Positions 42,094-51,458 of a stretch of DNA of 64,000 nucleotides are shown here, piece after piece. How positions within the stretch are numbered: the stretch's first letter is position 1; the number at the start of each line of letters is the position of its first letter. The stretch spans positions 47,678 to 111,677 of the forward strand of contig UQTU01000001.1 in the NCBI GenBank assembly GCA_900544135.1, in the 5' to 3' direction. The stretch is from an uncultured Collinsella sp. Lineage in GTDB: Bacteria; Actinomycetota; Coriobacteriia; Coriobacteriales; Coriobacteriaceae. Position numbers and translations under genes: made by a program. The notes beneath the pieces are model-generated. The model saw only the letters and a program-made list of their open reading frames with translations. It made no database searches and was not told where the DNA came from.

Positions 42094-42162
42094 AAGTTGC
42101 GGTGAAATAGGGACTGTTTAAGCGTTTCAAGCCGCTAAATAGTCCCTATTTCACCGCAACTT
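42094..42162. repeat. Palindromic element E2 (27-bp arms), immediately downstream of mnmA and upstream of the HipA-like gene
   Basis: aagttgcggtgaaatagggactgttta, loop agcgtttcaagccg, then ctaaatagtccctatttcaccgcaactt. Confidence 0.65.
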
Positions 42163-42207
42163 TGTTAAGTATTATGATGTTTGTGCTTGCTATATTTAAC
42201 GATTAGA

Positions 42208-43605
42208 ATGCTTAACGAGGTGATGCAGCAGATGAATACTTCCAACTATATAACCATGGGTGACGCCGCGCGCCTGCTGGGCGTTACGAAGGCCCGTATA
42301 TCGCAACTGGCTGCATCGGGAACGCTCGCGTGCGATATCGTCGGTGGGCGGAAAATGGTTCAGTACGATTCCGCGATTGGTTATCAAAAGGTCCGTAAGC
42401 GTGGGCGCCGTCCCGCAGCTGACGTAGGGCGCAAGTTCACGTTGATGTCAACCGACCACGAGGTCGCGCATGTCTCGTTTGATCCAACGCGCGAGTTTTC
42501 CTTTGAAATTGCCGACATACTCGATGCACGAAGGATGCCGTTTGGCACGTGCTCGAGTTCTTCTCCAACGGTGAATAAACGAGCACTCAACACGTGGTGG
42601 AGTCACCGGTCGGTGCCCGACGTCCGCCCCGGACTCATCTCGCGCTATCGCGAGCTGGGAATTGACAGCGGTATTGAAGTGCCCGTTCGTTGCCTGGGTT
42701 TTTCGCTTTCGGATTGCTATTGGCTAAGACCGGTCGACTGCGACGAGCTCAATTGGCAGCACCTCAATTACTTCGAAAACAATTTTGAACGGTCGGCACC
42801 CGAGCATCGTTCAGGCTGGCTTGAGGGCATCGGACTCAAAAATCCTGACAATACGTCCGAGGGCGAGCTCCCCAAATCCTGGATGATCCGCAATGGCGTT
42901 CGCATCCTGGTTAAAGGATGCGGAATGGACGATCAGCGACCGTTTAACGAGGCGGTTGCAACAGCTCTACATCGGCGTCTGCTATCCAAAGGTGAGTTTG
43001 TTCCCTATACGGTCGAGCGCATGTTCGACGGGCCCGTATGCCTATGCGATGACTTTCTTAATGGCCGTGAGGAATACGTGCCGGCCGCTTATATCAGGGA
43101 CGCACTCGGTGGCCAGCGAGGAAACTCAACATACGATCGATACTGTCGCTTTCTTGGCAGACACGGGGCTGACGAAGCCACGGTAAGAAAATCCATGTCG
43201 CAGATGATTGTCTGCGATGCCCTCCTGGCCAACAGCGACCGCCACTGGCGAAACTTCGGCATCATCCGCAATGTCGACACGCTGGAAATGCGGCCTGCAC
43301 CGCTGTTCGATAGTGGCAATTGCCTGTGGTACAACGTGCCAACCGCCGTGCTCGTTGCCGGGGAGTTTGGATTTGCCGCCAAACCGTTTGGTCCGGACCC
43401 TTCCACTCAGCTAGCATTTGCTGACTCGCTCGATTGGTTCGATGCGTCGCATCTCGATGGGTTCGTCGACGAGGCAGTCGAAATCCTCTCACAAAGCGCA
43501 TGGGCAACAGCAGGCAATCGCCTCAAGGCCATCCGCCGCGGTCTCGAGCGCCGCACGATAGAGGTAAGCGCCGCCGTTGAGGTGCTACGGCACGTGCAGA
43601 GATAA
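42208..43605 (+). CDS. HipA-like Ser/Thr kinase domain protein with an N-terminal helix-turn-helix (single-chain HipH/YjjJ-like architecture)
   Basis: N-terminal HTH (MGDAARLLGVTKARISQLAASGTL). C-terminal HipA_C-like catalytic motif (LANSDRHWRNFGIIRN; PLFDSGNCLW). Start is ambiguous (42181, 42208, 42224 or 42256). Confidence 0.6.
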   Translation: MLNEVMQQMNTSNYITMGDAARLLGVTKARISQLAASGTLACDIVGGRKMVQYDSAIGYQKVRKRGRRPAADVGRKFTLMSTDHEVAHVSFDPTREFSFEIADILDARRMPFGTCSSSSPTVNKRALNTWWSHRSVPDVRPGLISRYRELGIDSGIEVPVRCLGFSLSDCYWLRPVDCDELNWQHLNYFENNFERSAPEHRSGWLEGIGLKNPDNTSEGELPKSWMIRNGVRILVKGCGMDDQRPFNEAVATALHRRLLSKGEFVPYTVERMFDGPVCLCDDFLNGREEYVPAAYIRDALGGQRGNSTYDRYCRFLGRHGADEATVRKSMSQMIVCDALLANSDRHWRNFGIIRNVDTLEMRPAPLFDSGNCLWYNVPTAVLVAGEFGFAAKPFGPDPSTQLAFADSLDWFDASHLDGFVDEAVEILSQSAWATAGNRLKAIRRGLERRTIEVSAAVEVLRHVQR

Positions 43606-43619
43606 CAGCACTGCCCCCT

Positions 43620-43688
43620 AAGTTGCGGTGAAATAGGGACTGTTTGGCGGTTTTAAACGCTTAAACAGTCCCTATTTCACCGCAACTT
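43620..43688. repeat. Palindromic element E3, between the convergent HipA-like and M42 peptidase genes
   Basis: Arms identical to E2 (aagttgcggtgaaatagggactgttt / aaacagtccctatttcaccgcaactt); loop ggcggttttaaacgct. Confidence 0.65.
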
Positions 43689-43740
43689 ACAGTGGGCGGC
43701 CTCGGTCGGTACTGCTGTGCCAGCCGAGGCCGCTGCTCCC

Positions 43741-44760
43741 CTAGCGCTGCACGTAGGCGCGGACGAGCTCGTAGGTGTTGCGCACGCCGTCGATGTGGCT
43801 GCGCTCGTAGTTGTGGCTCGCGTACACGCCGGGGCCGATCAGACCGTGACGGATGTCGTAGCCGGCAGAAAGCGTGGCCTCAACGTCCGAGCCGTAATGC
43901 GGGTACACGTCGATGGCGTAATCAAGCTCGAGCTCGCGCGCGATGTTGGACAGCGTGGTCACCAGGTCGTAGTTGTAGGGGCCACCCGAATCCTTAGCGC
44001 AAATCGAAACCATGCGCTCGGTGCAGCCCAGGTCGTCGCCCACGCAGCCCATGTCCACGCTGATCATCTCGCGCGTGTCGGCCGGCACGAAAGCGCCGCC
44101 GTGGCCGACCTCCTCGTACACGGTGAAGAGCAGCGACACCTTGCGCGAAAGCGACACCTCGCCGTCAGCAACGGCGCGGGCCAGACCCAGCAGAATCGAC
44201 GCCGACAGCTTGTCATCCAGGAAGCGGCTCTTAATGTAGCCGCTCTCCGTCACCGTGGTACGCGGATCCATAGCGATGATGTCGCCCGTCTGAATGCCCA
44301 GCTCAAGCACGTCATCCTTGCTGTCGACATTCTCGTCGAGCAGGATTTCCATGTTCTTCTCGATGGTCTTGACCGGCTCGTCGGCCACGTGCGCCGAAGG
44401 CTCGGTATTGAGGACCACACCCGTGTACACATTGCCGTCACGCGTGTAGACGGTGCAGTTCTCGCCATCGGCCGTAGACCACTGGTGCCCACCAAGCGTC
44501 GTGGGACGCAGCCGACCATTGTCCTTAATGGAACGCACCATGGCGCCCAGGGTGTCGACATGGCTCGCCAGTACGAGCGGCTCACCCTCGCCGCCAAGCT
44601 CGACCAGCACGTTGCCCTTATTGGAACGCTCGGGGCCAAAGCCCATATCGCGCAACGTTTCCATCAGATAATCAGTCGCCGCACGGGTATAGCCCGTAGG
44701 CGAAGCAATCGAGGTAAGCGCCTTCAACTGGTCAGTAATATAGGAGAGCGTAGAATCCAT
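43741..44760 (-). CDS. M42-family metallo-aminopeptidase
   Basis: Full-length M42 pattern (ASHVDTLGAMV, EEVGHGGA, metal-binding His/Asp/Glu positions). Start at the internal ATG (MDSTLSYI). Confidence 0.8.
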   Translation of the reverse strand: MDSTLSYITDQLKALTSIASPTGYTRAATDYLMETLRDMGFGPERSNKGNVLVELGGEGEPLVLASHVDTLGAMVRSIKDNGRLRPTTLGGHQWSTADGENCTVYTRDGNVYTGVVLNTEPSAHVADEPVKTIEKNMEILLDENVDSKDDVLELGIQTGDIIAMDPRTTVTESGYIKSRFLDDKLSASILLGLARAVADGEVSLSRKVSLLFTVYEEVGHGGAFVPADTREMISVDMGCVGDDLGCTERMVSICAKDSGGPYNYDLVTTLSNIARELELDYAIDVYPHYGSDVEATLSAGYDIRHGLIGPGVYASHNYERSHIDGVRNTYELVRAYVQR

Positions 44761-44892
44761 CTTGGACACCAAAGTCACCCTTTCATATCGAATTAAACCC
44801 ACAGCAACAATACCACCGCGAGCCATCTTTTTACCTAGCGAGATGACCCATCGAGCTCGCCAGGACTGCGCCCGCCACGATAACGAGCCGGC

Positions 44893-45013
44893 GGCCCCCT
44901 GCCGTTAGCCCCACAATCTTTCCGCAGGACGGAGGAAGCCCCCGCCGCACGAAGTGCGCAGCGGGGGCTTCCGACATGTCCGAGGACGATTGTGGGGCTA
45001 ACGGGCAGGGGCC
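44893..45013. repeat. Nested palindrome directly downstream of the Fe-ADH gene: outer 26-bp near-perfect IR, inner 12-bp IR
   Basis: Outer arms ggccccctgccgttagccccacaatc / gattgtggggctaacgggcaggggcc. Inner arms ggaagcccccgc / gcgggggcttcc. Confidence 0.6.
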
Positions 45014-45025
45014 CGCCGAACCAAG

Positions 45026-46192
45026 TTAGGCAGCCGGGCAGATCTTCTTGAAGAGCTCGATGACGTCGTCGAGCGTCGCCTCGCGCGGGTTACCCGGGAA
45101 GCAGGCGTCAGCCATGGCGTCCTTGGCCAGGACCTCGATCTCGTCAGCCTTCATGGCCTCGCAGACGTGCGGGATGTTCACGTCGGCAGAGAGCTGCTTG
45201 ACGGCGGCGATGGCGGCGTCGGCGGCCTCGTCGGTGCTCATGCCCGTGGTGTCAACGCCCATGGCGACGGCAACCTTGGCCAGACGCTCGGCGCAAACCG
45301 GCTTGTTGAACTCCATGGCGATCGGCAGCAGCATGGCGCAAGCGACGCCGTGCGGAGTGTCGTAGTGGGCAGACAGGGTGTGAGCCATGGCATGGTCGAT
45401 GCCCAGGCCGACGTTGGAGAAGCCCATGCCGGCGACATACTGGCCAAGAGCCATGCCCTCGCGGCCGGAGCCGGGCTGACCGGACTTGGCCTCGGCAACG
45501 GAGTCGCGCAGATTCTCGCTGATCAGCTTAATGGCCTCAAAGTGGAACATGTCGGAGAGCTCCCAAGCACCCTTGGTGGTGTAGCCCTCGATGGCGTGGG
45601 TCAGAGCATCCATGCCGGTAGAAGCGGTCAGGCCGGCGGGCATGGAGGCCATCATGTCGGGGTCGACGACGGCGACCTCAGGGGCGTCGTTGGTGTCGAC
45701 GCACACGAACTTGCGGACCTTCTCGGGGTCGGTGATGACGTAGTTGATGGTCACCTCGGCGGCGGTACCGGCGGTCGTCGGCACGGCGATGGTGAACACG
45801 GCGTGGTTCTTGGTGGGAGCAACGCCCTCGAGGCTGCGGACATCGGCAAACTCGGGGTTGTTGATGATGATGCCAATGGCCTTTGCGGTGTCCATGGAGG
45901 AGCCACCACCGATGGTCACGATAGCGTCAGCCTCGGCGGCCTTGAAGGCCTCGACGCCGTCCTTGACGTTCTGGATAGTGGGGTTGGGCTTGATCTCGGA
46001 GTAGAGGCTCCAAGCGATGCCGGCGGCGTCGAGCTCGTCGGTCACCTTAGCGGTAACGCCAAACTTGACCAGATCGGGGTCGGAGCAGACGAAGATCTTC
46101 TTGTAGCCGCGACGCTGGAGCTCGCCGGGGATCTCCTTGATGGCGCCAGAACCATGATAAGAAATGGTGTTGAGAACGAAACGATTAGCCAT
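45026..46192 (-). CDS. Iron-containing alcohol dehydrogenase (lactaldehyde reductase/1,2-propanediol oxidoreductase-like)
   Basis: Fe-ADH motifs (GGGSSMDTAKAI, the His cluster GIDHAMAHTLSAHYDTPHGVACA). SD GGGAGG upstream of the ATG at 46192. Confidence 0.85.
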   Translation of the reverse strand: MANRFVLNTISYHGSGAIKEIPGELQRRGYKKIFVCSDPDLVKFGVTAKVTDELDAAGIAWSLYSEIKPNPTIQNVKDGVEAFKAAEADAIVTIGGGSSMDTAKAIGIIINNPEFADVRSLEGVAPTKNHAVFTIAVPTTAGTAAEVTINYVITDPEKVRKFVCVDTNDAPEVAVVDPDMMASMPAGLTASTGMDALTHAIEGYTTKGAWELSDMFHFEAIKLISENLRDSVAEAKSGQPGSGREGMALGQYVAGMGFSNVGLGIDHAMAHTLSAHYDTPHGVACAMLLPIAMEFNKPVCAERLAKVAVAMGVDTTGMSTDEAADAAIAAVKQLSADVNIPHVCEAMKADEIEVLAKDAMADACFPGNPREATLDDVIELFKKICPAA

Positions 46193-46358
46193 TGATAGCC
46201 TCCCATCGTGTGCGAGGCACCCATTACGCCCCACGCTATGAGTCCCATCCTAACGCTTTTGAAACAAAAAACACGTGAGAACATCAAAATTGTTAAAGCG
46301 TTTCAACAGAAGATGAAAATCTATTGCGGCAAAGGGGCTGTCCCTTTGCCGCATTCGG

Positions 46359-47075
46359 TTACTTTCGACAGCCCTCTTTCCAAGCCTCGGCCGCAACCTT
46401 CCAGCGAAAACGCAAGTCGCGCTCGCGGTCGATGAACATGATGGCAAACGCGACAAACAGCAGCGCGCTCGCCACGACGATAGCGTGCAGCCCCATGCGC
46501 TCAATGCACCAATTGCCCAGCACGGCGCCAAACACAAAGGTAAAGATCACACCAAAGTACAGCAGGCCGTTTTCCAAAAAGCCGCGCTTGTGGGTAATGA
46601 TGTAATCGTCCACGTTTTGCAAGGCATTACGGAGGTTGCCGATACACATGGTCGTGGCGATGCCGTGACCGTGGATCTTGCGGAAGCTCTCGACTTGCAT
46701 ACCGCAGGCAAACGAAGTGAGGCAGTTGGCGAGCAGGTTGAAATCGCCACCGGGAATAAAACTCACGCCCAGCAAGATGACGGCTTCAAAGAACACCGTC
46801 ACCTGACGCCAGTGGATCACGCTGCCAAAACGCTCGTGTACCAGGTCGGCAAGCATAATGCCCACAGCAAACGAAACCACAGGGAAGAAGTAACGCCCCG
46901 CAAGTGCCCAATTGCCCTCCGAAATGCTCACGCCCACCAGCAGGATGTTGCCCGTCTGCGCGTTGGCGAAAACATGGTCGCGCCCAATGTACGAATACAC
47001 ATCCATAAAACCACCGGCGAGCGCCAAGATGATGCCCAGCTCAATGGATTCCGATATCTGTTTGGCACGCTGCAT
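46359..47075 (-). CDS. YoaK-family (DUF1275) membrane protein
   Basis: Multi-TM protein with a YoaK-like N-terminus (GIILALAGGFMDVYSYIG). Start at the ATG at 47075 with SD AAGGAGG. The tracked 47306 start is an extension. Confidence 0.65.
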   Translation of the reverse strand: MQRAKQISESIELGIILALAGGFMDVYSYIGRDHVFANAQTGNILLVGVSISEGNWALAGRYFFPVVSFAVGIMLADLVHERFGSVIHWRQVTVFFEAVILLGVSFIPGGDFNLLANCLTSFACGMQVESFRKIHGHGIATTMCIGNLRNALQNVDDYIITHKRGFLENGLLYFGVIFTFVFGAVLGNWCIERMGLHAIVVASALLFVAFAIMFIDRERDLRFRWKVAAEAWKEGCRK

Positions 47076-47325
47076 CGTCGTGCATCCTCCTTGTTGACGA
47101 CCCTCTCGTGCGTTGGCGGAGACATAGCCGCCGTTCATACTGTAACCCATTGACAACATGGCGTGCGCGCGAGACGGGTTCTCCAACGCGCAGATACACA
47201 GTCTGGAAACAAACGGCGGGCGCGGCACCGACACCCGAGACCTCGTGTACTCCACCAGTCTTTTTAGCCCCGTCCTAAAAAGACTGGTTACAATTACGTG
47301 CAGCATACAAACACCGGGAGGGATC

Positions 47326-49461
47326 GTGGCAAAAAAGCCTCAGCACGCTCAGAACAACCAGCGCAGTCAGCAGGGCAAACAGGGCCAGCAGCAAAAGCGC
47401 GGCGGTAAGGCACAGGGCTCGCGTCCCACGCATGCCCCGACAGCTCCCGCCCGTCCCTGGCGTCCGGGCCGCGACAAGTTCCTCCCCGTCAGCCGCGCCG
47501 ATATGGACGCGCGCGGCTGGGACCAGTGCGACTTCGTCTATATCTGCGGCGACGCCTACGTGGATCACCCCAGCTTTGGCATGGCTATCATCAGCCGCGT
47601 ACTCGACGCGCACGGCTACAAAGTAGGCATTATCTGTCAGCCCGACTGGACCGACCCCGCCAGCATCACGGTGCTTGGCGAGCCGCGCTTGGGCTTTCTC
47701 GTCAGCGCCGGCAACATGGACTCCATGGTCAACCACTATTCGGTGACCAAGCACCGCCGCCACACCGACGCCTATACCCCTGGTGGCGAGGAGGGGCGCC
47801 GTCCCAATCGTGCCGTCACGGTCTACGGCAACCTCATCCGCCAGACGTTCAAGGACGCCCCCATCATTATCGGCGGCATCGAGGCGAGTCTGCGCCGCCT
47901 GGCCCACTATGACTACTGGCAGGACAAGCTCAAGCGCTCGGTACTGCTCGACTCGGGCGCCGACATCCTCATCTACGGCATGGGCGAGCACGCGATCGTC
48001 GAGATCGCCGACGCGCTCGACGCGGGACTGCCCGTCGATCAGATCACCTATATCAACGGCACCGTCTACCGCACGGGCTCGCTCGACGAGGTCTACGACT
48101 ACGACCTGCTGCCCAGCTGGGACGACCTTACCGCCGACAAGCTCAACTACGCGCGCAGCTTTAACGTGCAGCAGCAGAATATGGACCCCATCACCGGTCA
48201 TCGCCTGGTAGAGCCCTACCCCAACAGCGTCTATGTGGTGCAGAACCCGCCGTCGGCAACACTCACCACCGACGAGATGGACGAGGTTGCCGAACTCCCC
48301 TACGCACGCGATTGGCATCCCGACTACGACGCGGCGGGCGGCGTGCCGGCATTTGCCGAGATCAAGTTTTCCATTAGCTCCAACCGCGGGTGCTTTGGCG
48401 AGTGCTCGTTTTGCGCGCTCACCTTCCACCAGGGCCGCGTGTTGCAGATGCGTAGCCACGATTCGATCATGCGCGAGGCCGAGCTGCTCACGCACGATCC
48501 CGAGTTTAAGGGCTACATCAACGACGTGGGCGGACCGACGGCGAACTTTAGCCGCCCTGCCTGCGACAAGCAGCTCAAGCACGGCGTGTGCAAGAACAAG
48601 CGCTGCCTGTGGCCGAGCGTGTGCAAGAACATGGTGGTCGACGAGAGCGGCTACACGCAGTTGCTGCGCGACCTGCGCCAGCTGCCGGGCGTTAAGAAGG
48701 TCTTCGTCCGCAGCGGCATCCGCTTTGACTACACCATGGCCGACGCCTCGGACGAGTTTTTGCGCGAGCTGCTGGAGCATCACGTCTCGGGCCAGCTGCG
48801 TGTAGCACCCGAGCACGTGAGCGACGCGGTGCTCTCCGTGATGGGCAAGCCGAGCCGCGCCGTCTACGACGCGTTCTGCCGTAAATTTGAACGCCTGAAC
48901 CGCGAATACGGACTTAAACAGTATGTGGTACCGTACCTGATCTCGAGCCACCCCGGCTCAACGATGAAGGAAGCTGTGGACCTTGCCGAGGCCGTACGCG
49001 ACATGGGCTACATGCCCGAACAGGTGCAGGACTTCTACCCCACCCCGTCCACCATGTCGACCTGCATGTACTACACCGGCGTGGACCCACGCACCATGCA
49101 GCCGATCTACGTGGCACGCGACCCGCACGAGAAGGCCATGCAGCGTGCGCTCATCCAATACCGCAAGCCCGAGAACTACAAGCTCGTACGCGAGGCACTG
49201 GAAAAGGCCGGCCGCCGCGATCTGATTGGCTACACCAAGCATTGCCTGATTCGCCCCGTGCCCCCGCGCCCGGGCGAGACATCGGCCAGCGGCGGACACG
49301 GCACTGGCAAGAAGGGCGGCAAACCGCATGGTGACGGCGCTGGCAAGGGGCCCAAGGGCAGCAAGGGGCACGGCGGCATGTCGCGCGCACAGAACACTGC
49401 CGGGCGCAACCGTGCAGCTCAGGGACGTCAAGGCGCCAACGGAGGCGGACGCCGCAACTAG
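47326..49461 (+). CDS. YgiQ-family radical SAM protein (UPF0313) with a basic Gly/Lys-rich C-terminal tail
   Basis: YgiQ N-terminal domain (FLPVSRADMDARGWDQCDFVYICGDAYVDHPSFG). Radical-SAM-like Cys cluster (CFGECSFC). Start taken at the GTG at 47326 with SD GGGAGG. The tracked 47158 start overlaps the divergent gene. Confidence 0.8.
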   Translation: MAKKPQHAQNNQRSQQGKQGQQQKRGGKAQGSRPTHAPTAPARPWRPGRDKFLPVSRADMDARGWDQCDFVYICGDAYVDHPSFGMAIISRVLDAHGYKVGIICQPDWTDPASITVLGEPRLGFLVSAGNMDSMVNHYSVTKHRRHTDAYTPGGEEGRRPNRAVTVYGNLIRQTFKDAPIIIGGIEASLRRLAHYDYWQDKLKRSVLLDSGADILIYGMGEHAIVEIADALDAGLPVDQITYINGTVYRTGSLDEVYDYDLLPSWDDLTADKLNYARSFNVQQQNMDPITGHRLVEPYPNSVYVVQNPPSATLTTDEMDEVAELPYARDWHPDYDAAGGVPAFAEIKFSISSNRGCFGECSFCALTFHQGRVLQMRSHDSIMREAELLTHDPEFKGYINDVGGPTANFSRPACDKQLKHGVCKNKRCLWPSVCKNMVVDESGYTQLLRDLRQLPGVKKVFVRSGIRFDYTMADASDEFLRELLEHHVSGQLRVAPEHVSDAVLSVMGKPSRAVYDAFCRKFERLNREYGLKQYVVPYLISSHPGSTMKEAVDLAEAVRDMGYMPEQVQDFYPTPSTMSTCMYYTGVDPRTMQPIYVARDPHEKAMQRALIQYRKPENYKLVREALEKAGRRDLIGYTKHCLIRPVPPRPGETSASGGHGTGKKGGKPHGDGAGKGPKGSKGHGGMSRAQNTAGRNRAAQGRQGANGGGRRN

Positions 49462-50369
49462 GGCAGCGGTGCGCTCGCTGCATCCATCCCACACGCGCGG
49501 CGCAGCGACCGCATTGCCTCAACGAGGATGACGCCGGCGATGGCGACCGTAATTGCCACGTCGAACGGCGTGTTCACAAACCAAAGCAACGTCATGAGAT
49601 ACGACCCGGCATTAAAGGCGAAGTGCAGCAGGATCGTGTAGCGGAGCTTTCCGGTCGTCACGAGCACCCAACCAAAGATGAGGCCGGCGGCACCCGCGTA
49701 GCAACCTTGCACCCAATTCATGTGCATAAAACCGAAGATTGCCGCCTGCAGCACAATCGCCGCGGTGATACCCCACGTGCTCGGGGCCGCCCAGGGCACC
49801 ATGGCGCCGTCCTGCGCACCCGCACGACGCCGGCGCTTCCAAAGTGGGCGGCACTGCGGATTAAACGCTCGGAGCGAAAACTCAAAAATGATGCCGCGCA
49901 CCAGCAGCTCTTCACAAAATGGGGCGCCGAGCACCGTAGTCAGGACGGCGAGATAGCTGGTGTCGCCCATGCCTGTTTCCTCGACAAGCTCGCTGTAGTC
50001 GGCCGCAGCCTCGGGCAACAGCGACAGCACGGCGTCGGTCACGTAGCCAACGACCACCTGCAGGGCAAGGCCGATCACGATAACGCAGGCGATGCGCTTC
50101 CACGCCCCACGCGCTCCCCCGCCGAGCGGATGCGCGCTTTGCCGGCGTGCCATAAACGAACGCGGCCACAGATAACGCCACCACAGCAGCGCCATTAAAA
50201 ACGATGCCGTCTGCGCGACAGCCTGAAGCAATTGAATATCGAGGCCGTCAATCGAAAAGCCCATGAACACCGATGCGACGCCCAGAGCGGAGAACAAAAC
50301 CACGCTCAGGGCGTTATCGGCAGCGACGACGCCAAAACAGGCAAGCGCCCAAATCATCGCATTGAGCAT
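49458..50369 (-). CDS. CPBP-family intramembrane metalloprotease (CAAX protease/Abi-like)
   Basis: Conserved motifs EELLVRG (motif 1), FGFMH (motif 2) and HFAFN (motif 3). Multiple TM segments. Start at the ATG at 50369 with SD GAGGAGG. Confidence 0.75.
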   Translation of the reverse strand: MLNAMIWALACFGVVAADNALSVVLFSALGVASVFMGFSIDGLDIQLLQAVAQTASFLMALLWWRYLWPRSFMARRQSAHPLGGGARGAWKRIACVIVIGLALQVVVGYVTDAVLSLLPEAAADYSELVEETGMGDTSYLAVLTTVLGAPFCEELLVRGIIFEFSLRAFNPQCRPLWKRRRRAGAQDGAMVPWAAPSTWGITAAIVLQAAIFGFMHMNWVQGCYAGAAGLIFGWVLVTTGKLRYTILLHFAFNAGSYLMTLLWFVNTPFDVAITVAIAGVILVEAMRSLRRACGMDAASAPLP

Positions 50370-50384
50370 GCCAACCTCCTCAAA

Positions 50385-50460
50385 ACCCGGCACTTAGGGA
50401 CGTTCCTTAACTGCCGGCAGAAAAGGAACGTCCCCAAATGCCGGCAGTTTGGGACAGTCA
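50385..50460 (-). terminator. Long hairpin (12-bp stem gggacgttcctt/aaggaacgtccc around the palindromic ctgccggcag) plus U-run, between the relB-like gene and the CPBP gene
   Basis: On the minus strand the stem-loop is followed by UAAGUGCCGGGUUUU and then the CPBP SD. The 21-mer aaggaacgtccctaagtgccg recurs at 56465-56485. Confidence 0.4.
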
Positions 50461-50661
50461 TTATTGATGAGAATCGGGCGCAGTGCCAAAAGCCCCGTTC
50501 GGCGAGATGTCGAACGGGAAGGTGCCGCACCGATTGAACGCGGCGATAAACATGCGGATGGCGTTGGACGGCGTGGTGCCCACGAGCTGGGTTGCCGCCG
50601 CGAAGGCCGCCTTTTCCTCGGGCAAGACCTTCGCGACTACGGGGGTCATGTGTTCTGCCAT
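50461..50661 (-). CDS. RelB/DinJ-family antitoxin-like protein, with no cognate toxin gene adjacent
   Basis: 66 aa. Ribbon-helix-helix/DinJ-like pattern (KVLPEEKAAFAAATQLVGTTPSNAIRMFIAAFNRCGTFPFDISPN). SD AAAGGAAG upstream of the ATG at 50661. Confidence 0.5.
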   Translation of the reverse strand: MAEHMTPVVAKVLPEEKAAFAAATQLVGTTPSNAIRMFIAAFNRCGTFPFDISPNGAFGTAPDSHQ

Positions 50662-51221
50662 GGCGCTTCCTTTTTGAAACGACGGTAGTGCGGATAGATG
50701 CGGGCCACGCGGCTGGGCGACGGGCTGTGAAGGCAACCCGATTGGCCCGCATCTGGAGTTTGTTTCTGCGGCGTTGGTATTACTTGGTATTCTTAAGTAT
50801 TACCCCCAGATAGAATACCACACCCGACCCCATGGGGACGAAGGAAAACGGATCATTTTGTTGCTGAATTAGTATTTAGAGCGTGATGATGTCCGAGATA
50901 TCGAGGGCCTGAGCGTCGGCGGCATCGTGCGTGGCAAGCAACAGCATGCGACCGTCGAGCGCCGGCGCCCACGGCGCCCGGTCGACCACGGCAAGCGCAA
51001 GCTCCGCTGCAACCCCGCCGCCACAGGGCCGCCAGCACGCCCATAACCGCCCTCACCTTTTGATTCGCGTACGACGTGGAAGGGGCGCGACGAACGTCGG
51101 CACATGGCGCGTCCGATCTGGGTATCCGTCGCATGGTGTCCTATGTCCTGCATAATTTTACTTGCAACATGCATAAAAAGACGGGGGCGCCCCTCCCCGT
51201 CCCAACGTACCCCCGCTTGGA

Positions 51222-51458
51222 CCGTGCAAAAACCGGAGTTTTCAGCATCGCGGCCCCCGCCGGCGGCGCCGCGAATCGTGGATGCCGCGCGATCGGCGTC
51301 GTTTTGGGGCACGGCGCGACGCGAAACGCGCGCTATCGCAGCGGCGGACCCCGTCCGCCAGCCCAAGTTGCCCGTCGGGGGATCCCGCGAGACCGAATAG
51401 ACGCTTCCGGCGCGTATGCAGCCACCCCGGCTTGCTGAAAACTCCCGAAAATGCACGG
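51222..51458. repeat. Inverted-repeat-bounded 237-bp element, copy 1 (paralog at 57507-57744)
   Basis: Terminal 26-mers ccgtgcaaaaaccggagttttcagca / tgctgaaaactcccgaaaatgcacgg. Flank similarity to copy 2 extends about 25 bp upstream and about 50 bp downstream. Confidence 0.55.
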
